64,000 bases of DNA from Negativicutes bacterium (lineage in GTDB: Bacteria > Bacillota > Negativicutes > UBA1444), in assembly GCA_963665275.2 (NCBI GenBank), contig CAXXIN010000018.1, positions 384,001-448,000 of the forward strand. The letters are read 5' to 3'. The first letter of the stretch is position 1; every line of letters begins with the position of its first letter. Positions 31,158 through 39,350 of this stretch are shown here, in pieces. The notes below the pieces were generated by a model. That model was not told the origin of the DNA and ran no database searches. It saw only the letters and a program-made list of their open reading frames with translations. The position numbers were made by a program, and so were the translations under genes.

Positions 31158-32246
31158 ATGGGAAAAGTTGTATTGGAACATATAACCAAGAAATTTGGAC
31201 AGGTTACAGCGGTCAATGATTTTAACCTTGAAATTAATGATAATGAATTTATCGTTATCGTTGGACCGTCCGGTTGCGGAAAATCTACAGTTCTGCGAAT
31301 GATTGCCGGCTTGGAAACGCAAACTTCCGGCAATATCAACATTGCCGGCGATTTGGTAAACGACAAGCCCCCCCGTGACCGAAATATTGCAATGGTATTT
31401 CAAAATTACGCCTTGTATCCTCACATGAATGTGTATGAAAACATGGCATTTGGCCTGTCCCTGCATGGTATGCCCAAAGATCAGATTGATGCCAAAGTGA
31501 AAGAAGCCGCGGAAATCTTAAGTATCAATGAATTGCTTCACAGAAAGCCCAAGGAACTTTCCGGCGGACAGCGGCAACGGGTTGCGCTTGGCCGGGCCAT
31601 TGTACGTGAACCTGAAGTTTTCCTGATGGATGAACCTCTTTCCAATCTCGACGCAAAACTGAGGGTTCAAACACGTGCGGAAATTTCCAAACTGCATGCA
31701 CGTCTCAACGTAACTACGATTTATGTTACTCACGACCAGATTGAAGCCATGACCATGGCTGATCGCATCGTAGTCATCAAAGATGGCGTCATCCAACAAA
31801 TCGCCGATCCTCAAACATTATATGATTTGCCGGCCAATCAATTCGTGGCCGGATTTATTGGGACTCCACCCATGAATTTTTTCCGTTGCCGATTGGTCAA
31901 ACAGAACGGATCATTACAGCTTGAGGCGAATGGTATTGAGTTGGGAATTTCGGCTGACTGGCTGAATTCGCTTGAGGCATTCGTGAATCAGGATGTGATT
32001 CTGGGAGTGCGTCCTGAAAATGCTGAAATATGTAGTTCCGAGACCGGTAATATTAAAGCCATGGTAGATGTTGTCGAACCAATGGGGTCAGAAACCTATC
32101 TGCATTTGAACATTGGCGGACAAAAAGCAATCATTCGGGTAGCTGCTGACTGCAGACCCATGATTGGCAGTACTGTCGGATTGAATGCTAATCTGGAGCG
32201 TATTCACTTGTTCAGACCGGATACGGGAGAATGCTTAAAGAAATAA
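31158..32246 (+). CDS. MalK/MsmX-type ABC ATPase
   Basis: GPSGCGKST, MVFQNYALYPHM, LSGGQRQR and DEPLSNLDAKLR. Confidence 0.95.
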   Translation: MGKVVLEHITKKFGQVTAVNDFNLEINDNEFIVIVGPSGCGKSTVLRMIAGLETQTSGNINIAGDLVNDKPPRDRNIAMVFQNYALYPHMNVYENMAFGLSLHGMPKDQIDAKVKEAAEILSINELLHRKPKELSGGQRQRVALGRAIVREPEVFLMDEPLSNLDAKLRVQTRAEISKLHARLNVTTIYVTHDQIEAMTMADRIVVIKDGVIQQIADPQTLYDLPANQFVAGFIGTPPMNFFRCRLVKQNGSLQLEANGIELGISADWLNSLEAFVNQDVILGVRPENAEICSSETGNIKAMVDVVEPMGSETYLHLNIGGQKAIIRVAADCRPMIGSTVGLNANLERIHLFRPDTGECLKK

Positions 32247-32264
32247 TTTAAAAATTTTCTGCGT

Positions 32265-32290
32265 TAAGCCTCGGCAAAAACCGAGGCTTA
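32265..32290 (+). terminator. Terminator-like hairpin after the sugar operon
   Basis: TAAGCCTCGG-N6-CCGAGGCTTA followed by T-rich sequence. Confidence 0.65.
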
Positions 32291-32299
32291 TTTATTATA

Positions 32300-32997
32300 T
32301 ATAGAAAACCCCACGTTAGACGTGGGGTTCCAAAAAGCTTACAGCTATAGGGAAGTCGGAAAAGCTCCTTTTGATAGAATGAGTTGCGGTCTGCCAACTG
32401 CAACGAAGATATCAAAAGGAGGTCATTCAGGGAATGAACGACACCCACAGTCTATCACATACAAAATGGAACTGTAAATATCACGTGGTCTTTGCACCTA
32501 AGTTTCGACGGAAGGTATTTTATGAGGGAAAACGGCTGGAAGTCGGGGCCATACTGCGGGAACTATGCAAGTGGAAAGGGATAAACATAATTGAAGCTGA
32601 AGTATGCCCGGACCATGTGCACATGCTATTGGAAATACCCCCGAAAATAAGTGTATCGAGTTTTATGGGATTTCTCAAAGGGAAAAGCAGCTTGATGATC
32701 TATGAGAAATGGGGAAACCTGAAGTATAAATACCGGAATAGAGAATTCTGGTGCAGAGGGTATTATGTAGATACAGCCGGTAAGGATGCGAAAAAGGTCA
32801 AGGAATATATTCAGCATCAGCTTGACGAAGATCGGGCAGGCGAACAACTAACCCTCAACATGGAAGACCCGTTTACGGGTAGTAAGTAACAGCTTCATCG
32901 CAAGTGGCAGACCGTGAGTACGCTCTTTAAGCGTGGCTAGTAGACTAGGGCTACGCCCGTTAAAGAAATACCCCCGGCTACGCCGGGGGATCATTAT
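32300..32997 (+). mobile_element. IS200-group insertion sequence (tnpA only)
   Basis: Y1 transposase between subterminal hairpins AACCCCACGT-TAG-ACGTGGGGTT (32307-32329) and CCCCCGGC-TAC-GCCGGGGG (32971-32989); AT-rich flanks; ends approximate. Confidence 0.92.
32434..32889 (+). CDS. tnpA: IS200/IS605 Y1 HUH transposase
   Basis: YHVVFAPKFRR, DHVHML (HUH), FWCRGYY and catalytic YIQHQ. Confidence 0.97.
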   Translation: MNDTHSLSHTKWNCKYHVVFAPKFRRKVFYEGKRLEVGAILRELCKWKGINIIEAEVCPDHVHMLLEIPPKISVSSFMGFLKGKSSLMIYEKWGNLKYKYRNREFWCRGYYVDTAGKDAKKVKEYIQHQLDEDRAGEQLTLNMEDPFTGSK

Positions 32998-33024
32998 TTT
33001 TTTTGTGAAGATTTATAAATAGCA

Positions 33025-33053
33025 TTGACAAAGGTATTGATGCCTGGGATAAT
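33025..33053 (+). promoter_or_regulatory. SigA promoter of the T-box/liv operon
   Basis: TTGACA-17 nt-GATAAT. Confidence 0.75.
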
Positions 33054-33151
33054 GTATACAATCTTACAATTAACAACGATAAGGTTATAAAATTACTTAC
33101 AATTGTAAAGTTTGTTCTGCTGAGAGAGAGTTATCTAATTTTATATTGCTT

Positions 33152-33400
33152 ACAGTGATGATTGGGACAAACTTATGATAATTCGTTTCAGAGAGCCGGT
33201 GGTTGCTGCGAACCGGTACGAAGCCATGAGGAACATCACCCATGAACTCTTCGATTGAAACTGCATGAGCAGGATAGGTCGAAGCGGAACCGGTCGTTAA
33301 CCGGAAGCCGGCAATGCCGGTGTATTGAGTAAAAAGTAGGGTGGTACCGCGTTGATTCGCCCCTATCGACATGAATCGTATATGTCGATAGGGGTTTTTG
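33152..33400 (+). ncRNA. T-box riboswitch, probable Ile (AUC) specifier
   Basis: AGAGAG and GGTTGCTGCGAA in stem I; specifier loop GAAC-ATC-A; T-box AGGGTGGTACCGCG; terminator CCCTATCGACAT..ATGTCGATAGGG-polyT. Confidence 0.93.
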
Positions 33401-33480
33401 TATACTGCGAATCAACCGATTCACATAGAGGCTCATCCACGAACGAGCAAAAGAAATAAACTAAAAGGCGGGGGAGTAAG

Positions 33481-34638
33481 ATGATCAGCTCTACAAAAAA
33501 GTTGACAGTGGGTCTTGTGGTTTCCATGATGGCACTTGGGCTGGTAGGCTGTGGCAGCGACAGCAAACAGGCAACCCCCGGCAGTGCTCCGGCCAATGCC
33601 GCGAGCGCAAAAATCGGTGTCGTTGCTTATCTTAGCGGCGGTGGAGCCGCTTATGGCGAGGCCATACGACAGGGTCTGGAGTTGGCTAGGGATGAAATCA
33701 ATGCTCAGGGAAAAACGAAAATTGAACTCGTGTTTGAAGATTCCAAAGGAGAAAAAAATGAGGCCATTAATGCTGCCAACAAACTGATTCATAAAGATAA
33801 TGTGGTAGCAATCATCGGACCGACCCTAAGCGGCGAAATGTTTGCTGTTGGGCCGATTATGAATCAGGCTGGAGTTCCTGTAATGGGAACCTCGACTACG
33901 GCTGAAGGCATCACTGAAATTGGTGAGTTTGTGTTCCGCAATGCGCTGCCGGAATCACTTGCCATACCTTATGCGGTGAAAAAAGCCAAAGAGAAATACA
34001 GTTTGAAGAAAGTCGCCGTGATGTATTCGAATAATAATGATTGGGCGGTTTCCGGCTTCAAAACTTTCGAGAAAAGTTTAAAAGAAAATGGCATCGAAAC
34101 TATCGCGATTGAAACTTTTGCTGACAAAGACACTGATTTTGCGGCTCAGCTGACAAAAATCGCCACAATGAAACCAGACGCCATCATGGTAGCGTCTTTG
34201 TATCAAGAAGCAGCGCTGATTCTTAAAAAAGCCCGTGAATTAGGAATCAACGTACCAATTGTTGGCAATAACGGCTTCAATTCGCCCCAGCTCATCAAAT
34301 CTGCCGGCAAAGCGGCAGATGGATCAATTATGGCGAGCCCTTGGTTTCCCGGCAAAGAAGACGCTAATGTGAAAAAGTTCGTTGCGAATTACAAGGCAAA
34401 ATTCAACAAAGAGCCGGACCAGTTTGCTGCGCAAGCTTATGATGCATTGAAAATTATGGCTTCGGCGTTGGAAAAATCGGGGTCAAATACTGACCGTAAG
34501 AAATTACGTGACAGCCTGGCGACGATCAAAGATTTCCCAGGTGTAACTGGAAAGTTCGCCTTCGATGCCAAGAGAAATCCTGCGATGGAAGTGACTGTTT
34601 TGATTGTCAAGGATGGACAGTTCGTCGAACTCAAGTAA
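33481..34638 (+). CDS. Branched-chain amino acid ABC binding lipoprotein (LivJ/K-like)
   Basis: Lipobox LVGC; AIIGPTLS, DTDFAAQLTKI and AYDA. Confidence 0.9.
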   Translation: MISSTKKLTVGLVVSMMALGLVGCGSDSKQATPGSAPANAASAKIGVVAYLSGGGAAYGEAIRQGLELARDEINAQGKTKIELVFEDSKGEKNEAINAANKLIHKDNVVAIIGPTLSGEMFAVGPIMNQAGVPVMGTSTTAEGITEIGEFVFRNALPESLAIPYAVKKAKEKYSLKKVAVMYSNNNDWAVSGFKTFEKSLKENGIETIAIETFADKDTDFAAQLTKIATMKPDAIMVASLYQEAALILKKARELGINVPIVGNNGFNSPQLIKSAGKAADGSIMASPWFPGKEDANVKKFVANYKAKFNKEPDQFAAQAYDALKIMASALEKSGSNTDRKKLRDSLATIKDFPGVTGKFAFDAKRNPAMEVTVLIVKDGQFVELK

Positions 34639-34673
34639 GTGTTCAAATTTTCCACATATACGACAGGGAGGTG

Positions 34674-35561
34674 ATGGGAGTGTTTTGGCAACAGTTGGTT
34701 AACGGTGTTACTCTGGGTAGCACCTATGCATTGATCGCCTTGGGATACACCTTGATTTTCGGGGTGCTCAACATAGTCAATATGGCTCATGGAGAAATAT
34801 TTATGTTTGGCGCCTTTGTCGGTTTGGTATTGGCGACAAAGTTCAACCTCAATATTTTTTTTGCCATGGCAGGCGCCATGATGGCAGGCGCCTTAATCGG
34901 TTATCTAATGGAAAGATTGGCGCTGAGGCCATTGCGCCGCAGGTCTTCCTCCCATCTGGCTCCACTGATCAGCACTATCGGGGTGGCCATTTTTCTGGAA
35001 AGTCTGGCTCTCAGGATCTTTGGCCCACAGGCCCAATCCTTTCCGGCATTTTTCCCCGGGGGATTGCTGGATTTTGGATTTTTTAAAATATCATTAGTTC
35101 AAATTATGATCCTGGGTATTTCTTTGAGCCTGATGCTGGTGCTGCGGTTTGGGTTGGCCCGAACGCGCCTGGGAAAATCGATTCGGACCACGGCGGAAAA
35201 TATCGATACGGCAGGTTTGCTCGGCATTAATACTGGAAAAATCATTGTGTTTACCGTCATGCTGGCGTCCGGTCTTGGCGCCGTAGCCGGGGTGTTGGTA
35301 GGGATGGCGTTCAACGCAGTGGAACCTACCATGGGCGTCACGATGGGCTTTAAAGGGCTGGCTGTTCTGATTCTCGGTGGATTGGGAAATATAACCGGCG
35401 CCATGGTGGGCGGTTTGATCCTGGGGATCGCCGAGGTTTTCACAGTAGCCTACGGTGCCTCTTCCTATCGAGATGCAGTGGCATTCGGGCTTATTATTTT
35501 CTTGCTCTTCCTTCGTCCCCAGGGACTCTTCGGTGCTCAAAATCCACAGGGAGGGCGGTAG
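34674..35561 (+). CDS. livH: BCAA ABC permease
   Basis: GSTYALIALGYTLIFG..NMAHGE and ILGGLGNITGA. Confidence 0.92.
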   Translation: MGVFWQQLVNGVTLGSTYALIALGYTLIFGVLNIVNMAHGEIFMFGAFVGLVLATKFNLNIFFAMAGAMMAGALIGYLMERLALRPLRRRSSSHLAPLISTIGVAIFLESLALRIFGPQAQSFPAFFPGGLLDFGFFKISLVQIMILGISLSLMLVLRFGLARTRLGKSIRTTAENIDTAGLLGINTGKIIVFTVMLASGLGAVAGVLVGMAFNAVEPTMGVTMGFKGLAVLILGGLGNITGAMVGGLILGIAEVFTVAYGASSYRDAVAFGLIIFLLFLRPQGLFGAQNPQGGR

Positions 35562-35564
35562 ACG

Positions 35565-36542
35565 ATGGAATTTCTGCTAAACCCATATTATCAACAGATC
35601 GCCATGTTTATCATTATCAATGCGATTCTGGGTATCAGTATTTACCTGACGTTGTCAACCGGTCAATTGTCACTTGGGAATGCCGGTTTTATGAGCATTG
35701 GCGCCTATACGTCAGCGTTGTTGACGATCAAGGCCGGGTTGCCGATTTATCTTTCGATTCCGGTTGGTGGCATTGCAGCCTGTCTGATCGCAATCATCAT
35801 TGGTATTCCCACAACACGGTTGCAGGGGATTTATTTGGCCATTGCGACCTTGGGTTTTGGCGAGGTTGTACGAGTTATCATCCTTAATTTGAAAATTACC
35901 AATGGAGCCTTGGGCTTATCAGGCATTCCCTCCATCAGTGTAACTTTGGGAAAAACCTATTCTATGCTGGGATGGAGCGACGGGATTTTTGGACTCAACC
36001 TTCAGCAACTTGGTAATTTTTCGGTTATTCTCATTCTCTTGGCGGTGTTGGCATTCTTAACGTTCTTTACAATTCGACTCAACAATTCACGAATTGGCAG
36101 GGCCTTTGCTGCTATTAAAGCGGATGATCATGCAGCGGAAGTTTCTGGAATCAACACTACCGCCTACAAGCTGCTGGCCTTTTTCCTTGGCGCTTTCGTT
36201 GCCGGTATCGCAGGCGGCTTGGCAGCTCATATCACGTTTTACATAGGGCCGAAAGACTTCGCGTATCATCGGGCAGTTGAAATTTTGCTGTTTGCCGTGT
36301 TAGGTGGAAGTAATGTTGTGTGGGGACCGTTGCTCGGTTCTGTCATTTTAACGTCACTGCCCGAGTTTCTTCGTTCAGCCGCTGTTTATCGTGAAATGAT
36401 CTACGGCGCAATTTTGGTGACCATGATGATTTTCCGGCCCCAGGGGCTATTGAGTGAAGAGACCTTACGTTTCTGGAAAGCCAGGCTTTCATGGAAGCAA
36501 CCCGTAGGAAGGCTGGATGAGGCACGGAGGACAACCGGATGA
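35565..36542 (+). CDS. livM: BCAA ABC permease
   Basis: GQLSLGNAGFMSIGAY, YLAIATLGFGE and FRPQGL. Confidence 0.92.
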   Translation: MEFLLNPYYQQIAMFIIINAILGISIYLTLSTGQLSLGNAGFMSIGAYTSALLTIKAGLPIYLSIPVGGIAACLIAIIIGIPTTRLQGIYLAIATLGFGEVVRVIILNLKITNGALGLSGIPSISVTLGKTYSMLGWSDGIFGLNLQQLGNFSVILILLAVLAFLTFFTIRLNNSRIGRAFAAIKADDHAAEVSGINTTAYKLLAFFLGAFVAGIAGGLAAHITFYIGPKDFAYHRAVEILLFAVLGGSNVVWGPLLGSVILTSLPEFLRSAAVYREMIYGAILVTMMIFRPQGLLSEETLRFWKARLSWKQPVGRLDEARRTTG

Positions 36543-37300
36543 TTTTGTCAATTGAGCATATCAGCAAAAATTTTGGTGGAGTAGCAGCCTTATCGGAAGT
36601 CAGTTTCGGCGTTCGAGCAGGCGAAATTGTGGGGGTGATCGGCCCTAATGGCGCAGGAAAAACCACTCTTTTCAATTTGATCACCGGCGTTTTTTCTCCG
36701 ACCTCCGGTGCGATTTCTTTTCGCGGTAAACCGATCATCGGTTTGCGGCCTCATAAGGTTACGAAAATGGGCATATCCCGCACTTTTCAGAATATCAGAT
36801 TGTTCGGGCATATGACTGCGCTGGAAAATGTAATGGTTGGATCGCATTGTCGCACTCACGCAGGCCTGTGGCAAGGGTTATGGCGGACAAGTATCCAGCG
36901 CGGAGAAGAAAAAGCGATTCGGGAAAAATCGGAAAGTTTGCTCCGATTGGTAGGTATTGCAGAGGATCAGGACACCCCGGCTGGATCACTTCCTTATGGC
37001 AAACAACGTCGCCTGGAAATCGCGCGGGCGATGGGCGCCGACCCATCCCTGCTGTTGCTCGATGAACCAACAGCAGGGATGAATGAAAGCGAAACAGAGG
37101 AATTGCGTCTGTTGATCCAAAAAATACAGGCGTTGGGGAAAACTGTAGTTCTGATCGAACATGATATGCATTTGGTGATGAATGTGTGCGAACGTCTGGT
37201 AATCCTGAATTTCGGTAAAAAAATCGCGGAAGGGATTCCGGAAGAAATTCGCGAAAACAAGGATGTTATTGAAGCCTACCTGGGAAAGGAGGAAGACTGA
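36539..37300 (+). CDS. livG: BCAA ABC ATPase
   Basis: GPNGAGKTT, RTFQNIRLF and LPYGKQRRLE. Confidence 0.93.
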   Translation: MILSIEHISKNFGGVAALSEVSFGVRAGEIVGVIGPNGAGKTTLFNLITGVFSPTSGAISFRGKPIIGLRPHKVTKMGISRTFQNIRLFGHMTALENVMVGSHCRTHAGLWQGLWRTSIQRGEEKAIREKSESLLRLVGIAEDQDTPAGSLPYGKQRRLEIARAMGADPSLLLLDEPTAGMNESETEELRLLIQKIQALGKTVVLIEHDMHLVMNVCERLVILNFGKKIAEGIPEEIRENKDVIEAYLGKEED

Positions 37301-37302
37301 AG

Positions 37303-38016
37303 ATGCTGGTTCTGCGGGATGTTGTCGCCGGGTATGGTAATATAAAAGCATTGAAATCTGTCGACCTATCCGTTCCAGAGGGGGCGGTCGTTTCGTTGAT
37401 CGGAGCGAATGGGGCCGGTAAAACAACTACGATGAAGGCGATAATGGGATTAATCAAACCTGATTCAGGCGATATACTGTTTCAAGGGAAATCTCTCAAA
37501 GGAATTCCAGTATATGACGTAGTGAGGCTGGGGATTTCACTGGTGCCGGAAGGGCGCAATATACTTGCCGGAATGACGGTTCTGGAAAATCTGGAAATGG
37601 GAGCGTATCAGCGCAACGATACAGAAATTGGGCAGGACATCGAAAAAGTATTCCGACGCTTTCCGATCCTTGAGGAACGAAAAGCCCAGCTCGGCGGAAC
37701 TCTTTCCGGCGGACAGCAGCAGATGCTAGCAATTGGAAGGGCCTTGATGTCTCGACCCAAATTGTTGCTCCTTGACGAACCTTCCATGGGGCTGGCGCCG
37801 TTGGTGGTTGCTGATATATTTCGGGTGATTCAGGAAATCAGTCAGTCTGGCACTACCATTCTGCTGGTGGAGCAGAATGTCAGGCAAGCGCTCAAGATTG
37901 CAGATTACGCCTACGTGATGGAGACTGGCAAGATCGTGCTGCACGGAAAAGCTTCGGATATCATCCATAATCCTCGAGTGATGGAAGCGTATCTGGGAGG
38001 AGGAAGCCACGTATAA
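37303..38016 (+). CDS. livF: BCAA ABC ATPase
   Basis: GANGAGKTT, VPEGR, LSGGQQQML and DEPSMGLAP. Confidence 0.93.
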   Translation: MLVLRDVVAGYGNIKALKSVDLSVPEGAVVSLIGANGAGKTTTMKAIMGLIKPDSGDILFQGKSLKGIPVYDVVRLGISLVPEGRNILAGMTVLENLEMGAYQRNDTEIGQDIEKVFRRFPILEERKAQLGGTLSGGQQQMLAIGRALMSRPKLLLLDEPSMGLAPLVVADIFRVIQEISQSGTTILLVEQNVRQALKIADYAYVMETGKIVLHGKASDIIHNPRVMEAYLGGGSHV

Positions 38017-38082
38017 GAAATATAGCATATAAAGTATTTAATGCCGTTCGCCTTGTTCGCAAGGCTGCTTTTTTTTGCGTGG

Positions 38083-38345
38083 GGAATTACCAAATCAAGT
38101 GCAATAGGCATCTGCAAAAGCTTTAGCCTGACTTTTCCATTCGGATGCGCAAAGAATATTTTTGTATCCAGATTGGCCTCCATATCCTTGAACGTGGTGA
38201 ATATCTTGCCATTATTTATTTTATATTGCATGGTGCAAAAAAGAAGTAGCACGGCCACTATGGTAAAATGGTGGTAACTCATTTAACGGATCGCTTGCGA
38301 TGAGTTTCTGGTTTACTATCAGTGTTGTACTTGGATTATTCATCT
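38083..38345 (-). mobile_element. Degenerate, internally deleted IS30-family relic
   Basis: Minus ORF joins MSYHHFTI, NGKIFTTFKDMEANLDTKIFFAHP and IALDLVI, resembling the IS30 transposase N-terminus, core and C-terminus; imperfect inverted ends CAAGTGCAA / TTGTACTTG. Confidence 0.55.
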
Positions 38346-38472
38346 GCCTATGGTAAAAGATTAACTAGCGACAAGTGTGTAAGTGGATCATTTCATGTGT
38401 TTTTATTTTAACCCCGTTGTTTTGTGTAAGCGAAACAGAAATATTATATTAGTTAGAGGAGAGGGTATTTCT

Positions 38473-39309
38473 ATGTCAAAGAAAAAAATCACAATTCCAG
38501 AATGTAAGGCCATCAAAGGTACGGAAAAAAAATTCACACTGATTACAGCGTACGATGTTTTGATGGCTTCCGTGATTGACAAGACCCCTGTAGAGATGAT
38601 TCTTGTCGGCGATTCACTGGGAATGACAGTGCTTGGATATGATAGCACAGTACCTGTCACAATGGACGATATTATCCATCATTGCAAACCGGTAGTAAAA
38701 GGAGCTCCCAATACGTTCATTGTTGGCGATATGCCTTTCGGTTCATATAATACCGGAATTGAGGATGCTGCTCGCAACGCTAACCGCATCATGAAAGAAG
38801 GCGGTTGCGATGCAGTTAAGCTTGAAGGAGGCAAAAATGTTGCGCATATTGTAGAATTCCTAGTTAATGGAGGAATTCCGGTAATGGGACACATTGGCTT
38901 AACGCCCCAGACAGCAGGCCAATTGGGAGGATTTAAAGTTCAGGGCAAAGATGCGGAGTCTGCGAAACGATTGATCGAAGATGCCAAAGCGATTGAGAAA
39001 GCGGGGGCTTTCGCGATCGTACTCGAATGCATACCTACTCCGGTAGGTAAATTGATTACTGAAGAACTTACTATACCAACAATGGGGATAGGCGCTGGTC
39101 TGTATTGTGATGCGCAGGTCTTGGTTACTCAGGATTTATTAGGGATGTTCGACCGATTTGTACCTAAATTTGTTAAACAATACGCCAAAATGAATCAGCA
39201 AATGATTGATGCGATAAATTGCTTTTATCAAGAAACTCAGGATGGAAGCTTCCCCAGTCCGGAGTATTCTTTTGGCATGAAAGAAGAAGATTTAAAGAAA
39301 CTATATTAG
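38473..39309 (+). CDS. panB: Ketopantoate hydroxymethyltransferase
   Basis: TAYD, LVGDSLGM, GDMPFGSY, AVKLEGG and GHIGLTPQ. Confidence 0.95.
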   Translation: MSKKKITIPECKAIKGTEKKFTLITAYDVLMASVIDKTPVEMILVGDSLGMTVLGYDSTVPVTMDDIIHHCKPVVKGAPNTFIVGDMPFGSYNTGIEDAARNANRIMKEGGCDAVKLEGGKNVAHIVEFLVNGGIPVMGHIGLTPQTAGQLGGFKVQGKDAESAKRLIEDAKAIEKAGAFAIVLECIPTPVGKLITEELTIPTMGIGAGLYCDAQVLVTQDLLGMFDRFVPKFVKQYAKMNQQMIDAINCFYQETQDGSFPSPEYSFGMKEEDLKKLY

Positions 39310-39350
39310 AATTATTATTCTCTGAGGAAATATGAAGGGAGCAATTTCAA

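Noticed and set aside
32890-32997. TnpB/omega-RNA nuclease system
   Set aside because: There is no tnpB or iscB ORF; only about 100 nt separate tnpA from the right end.
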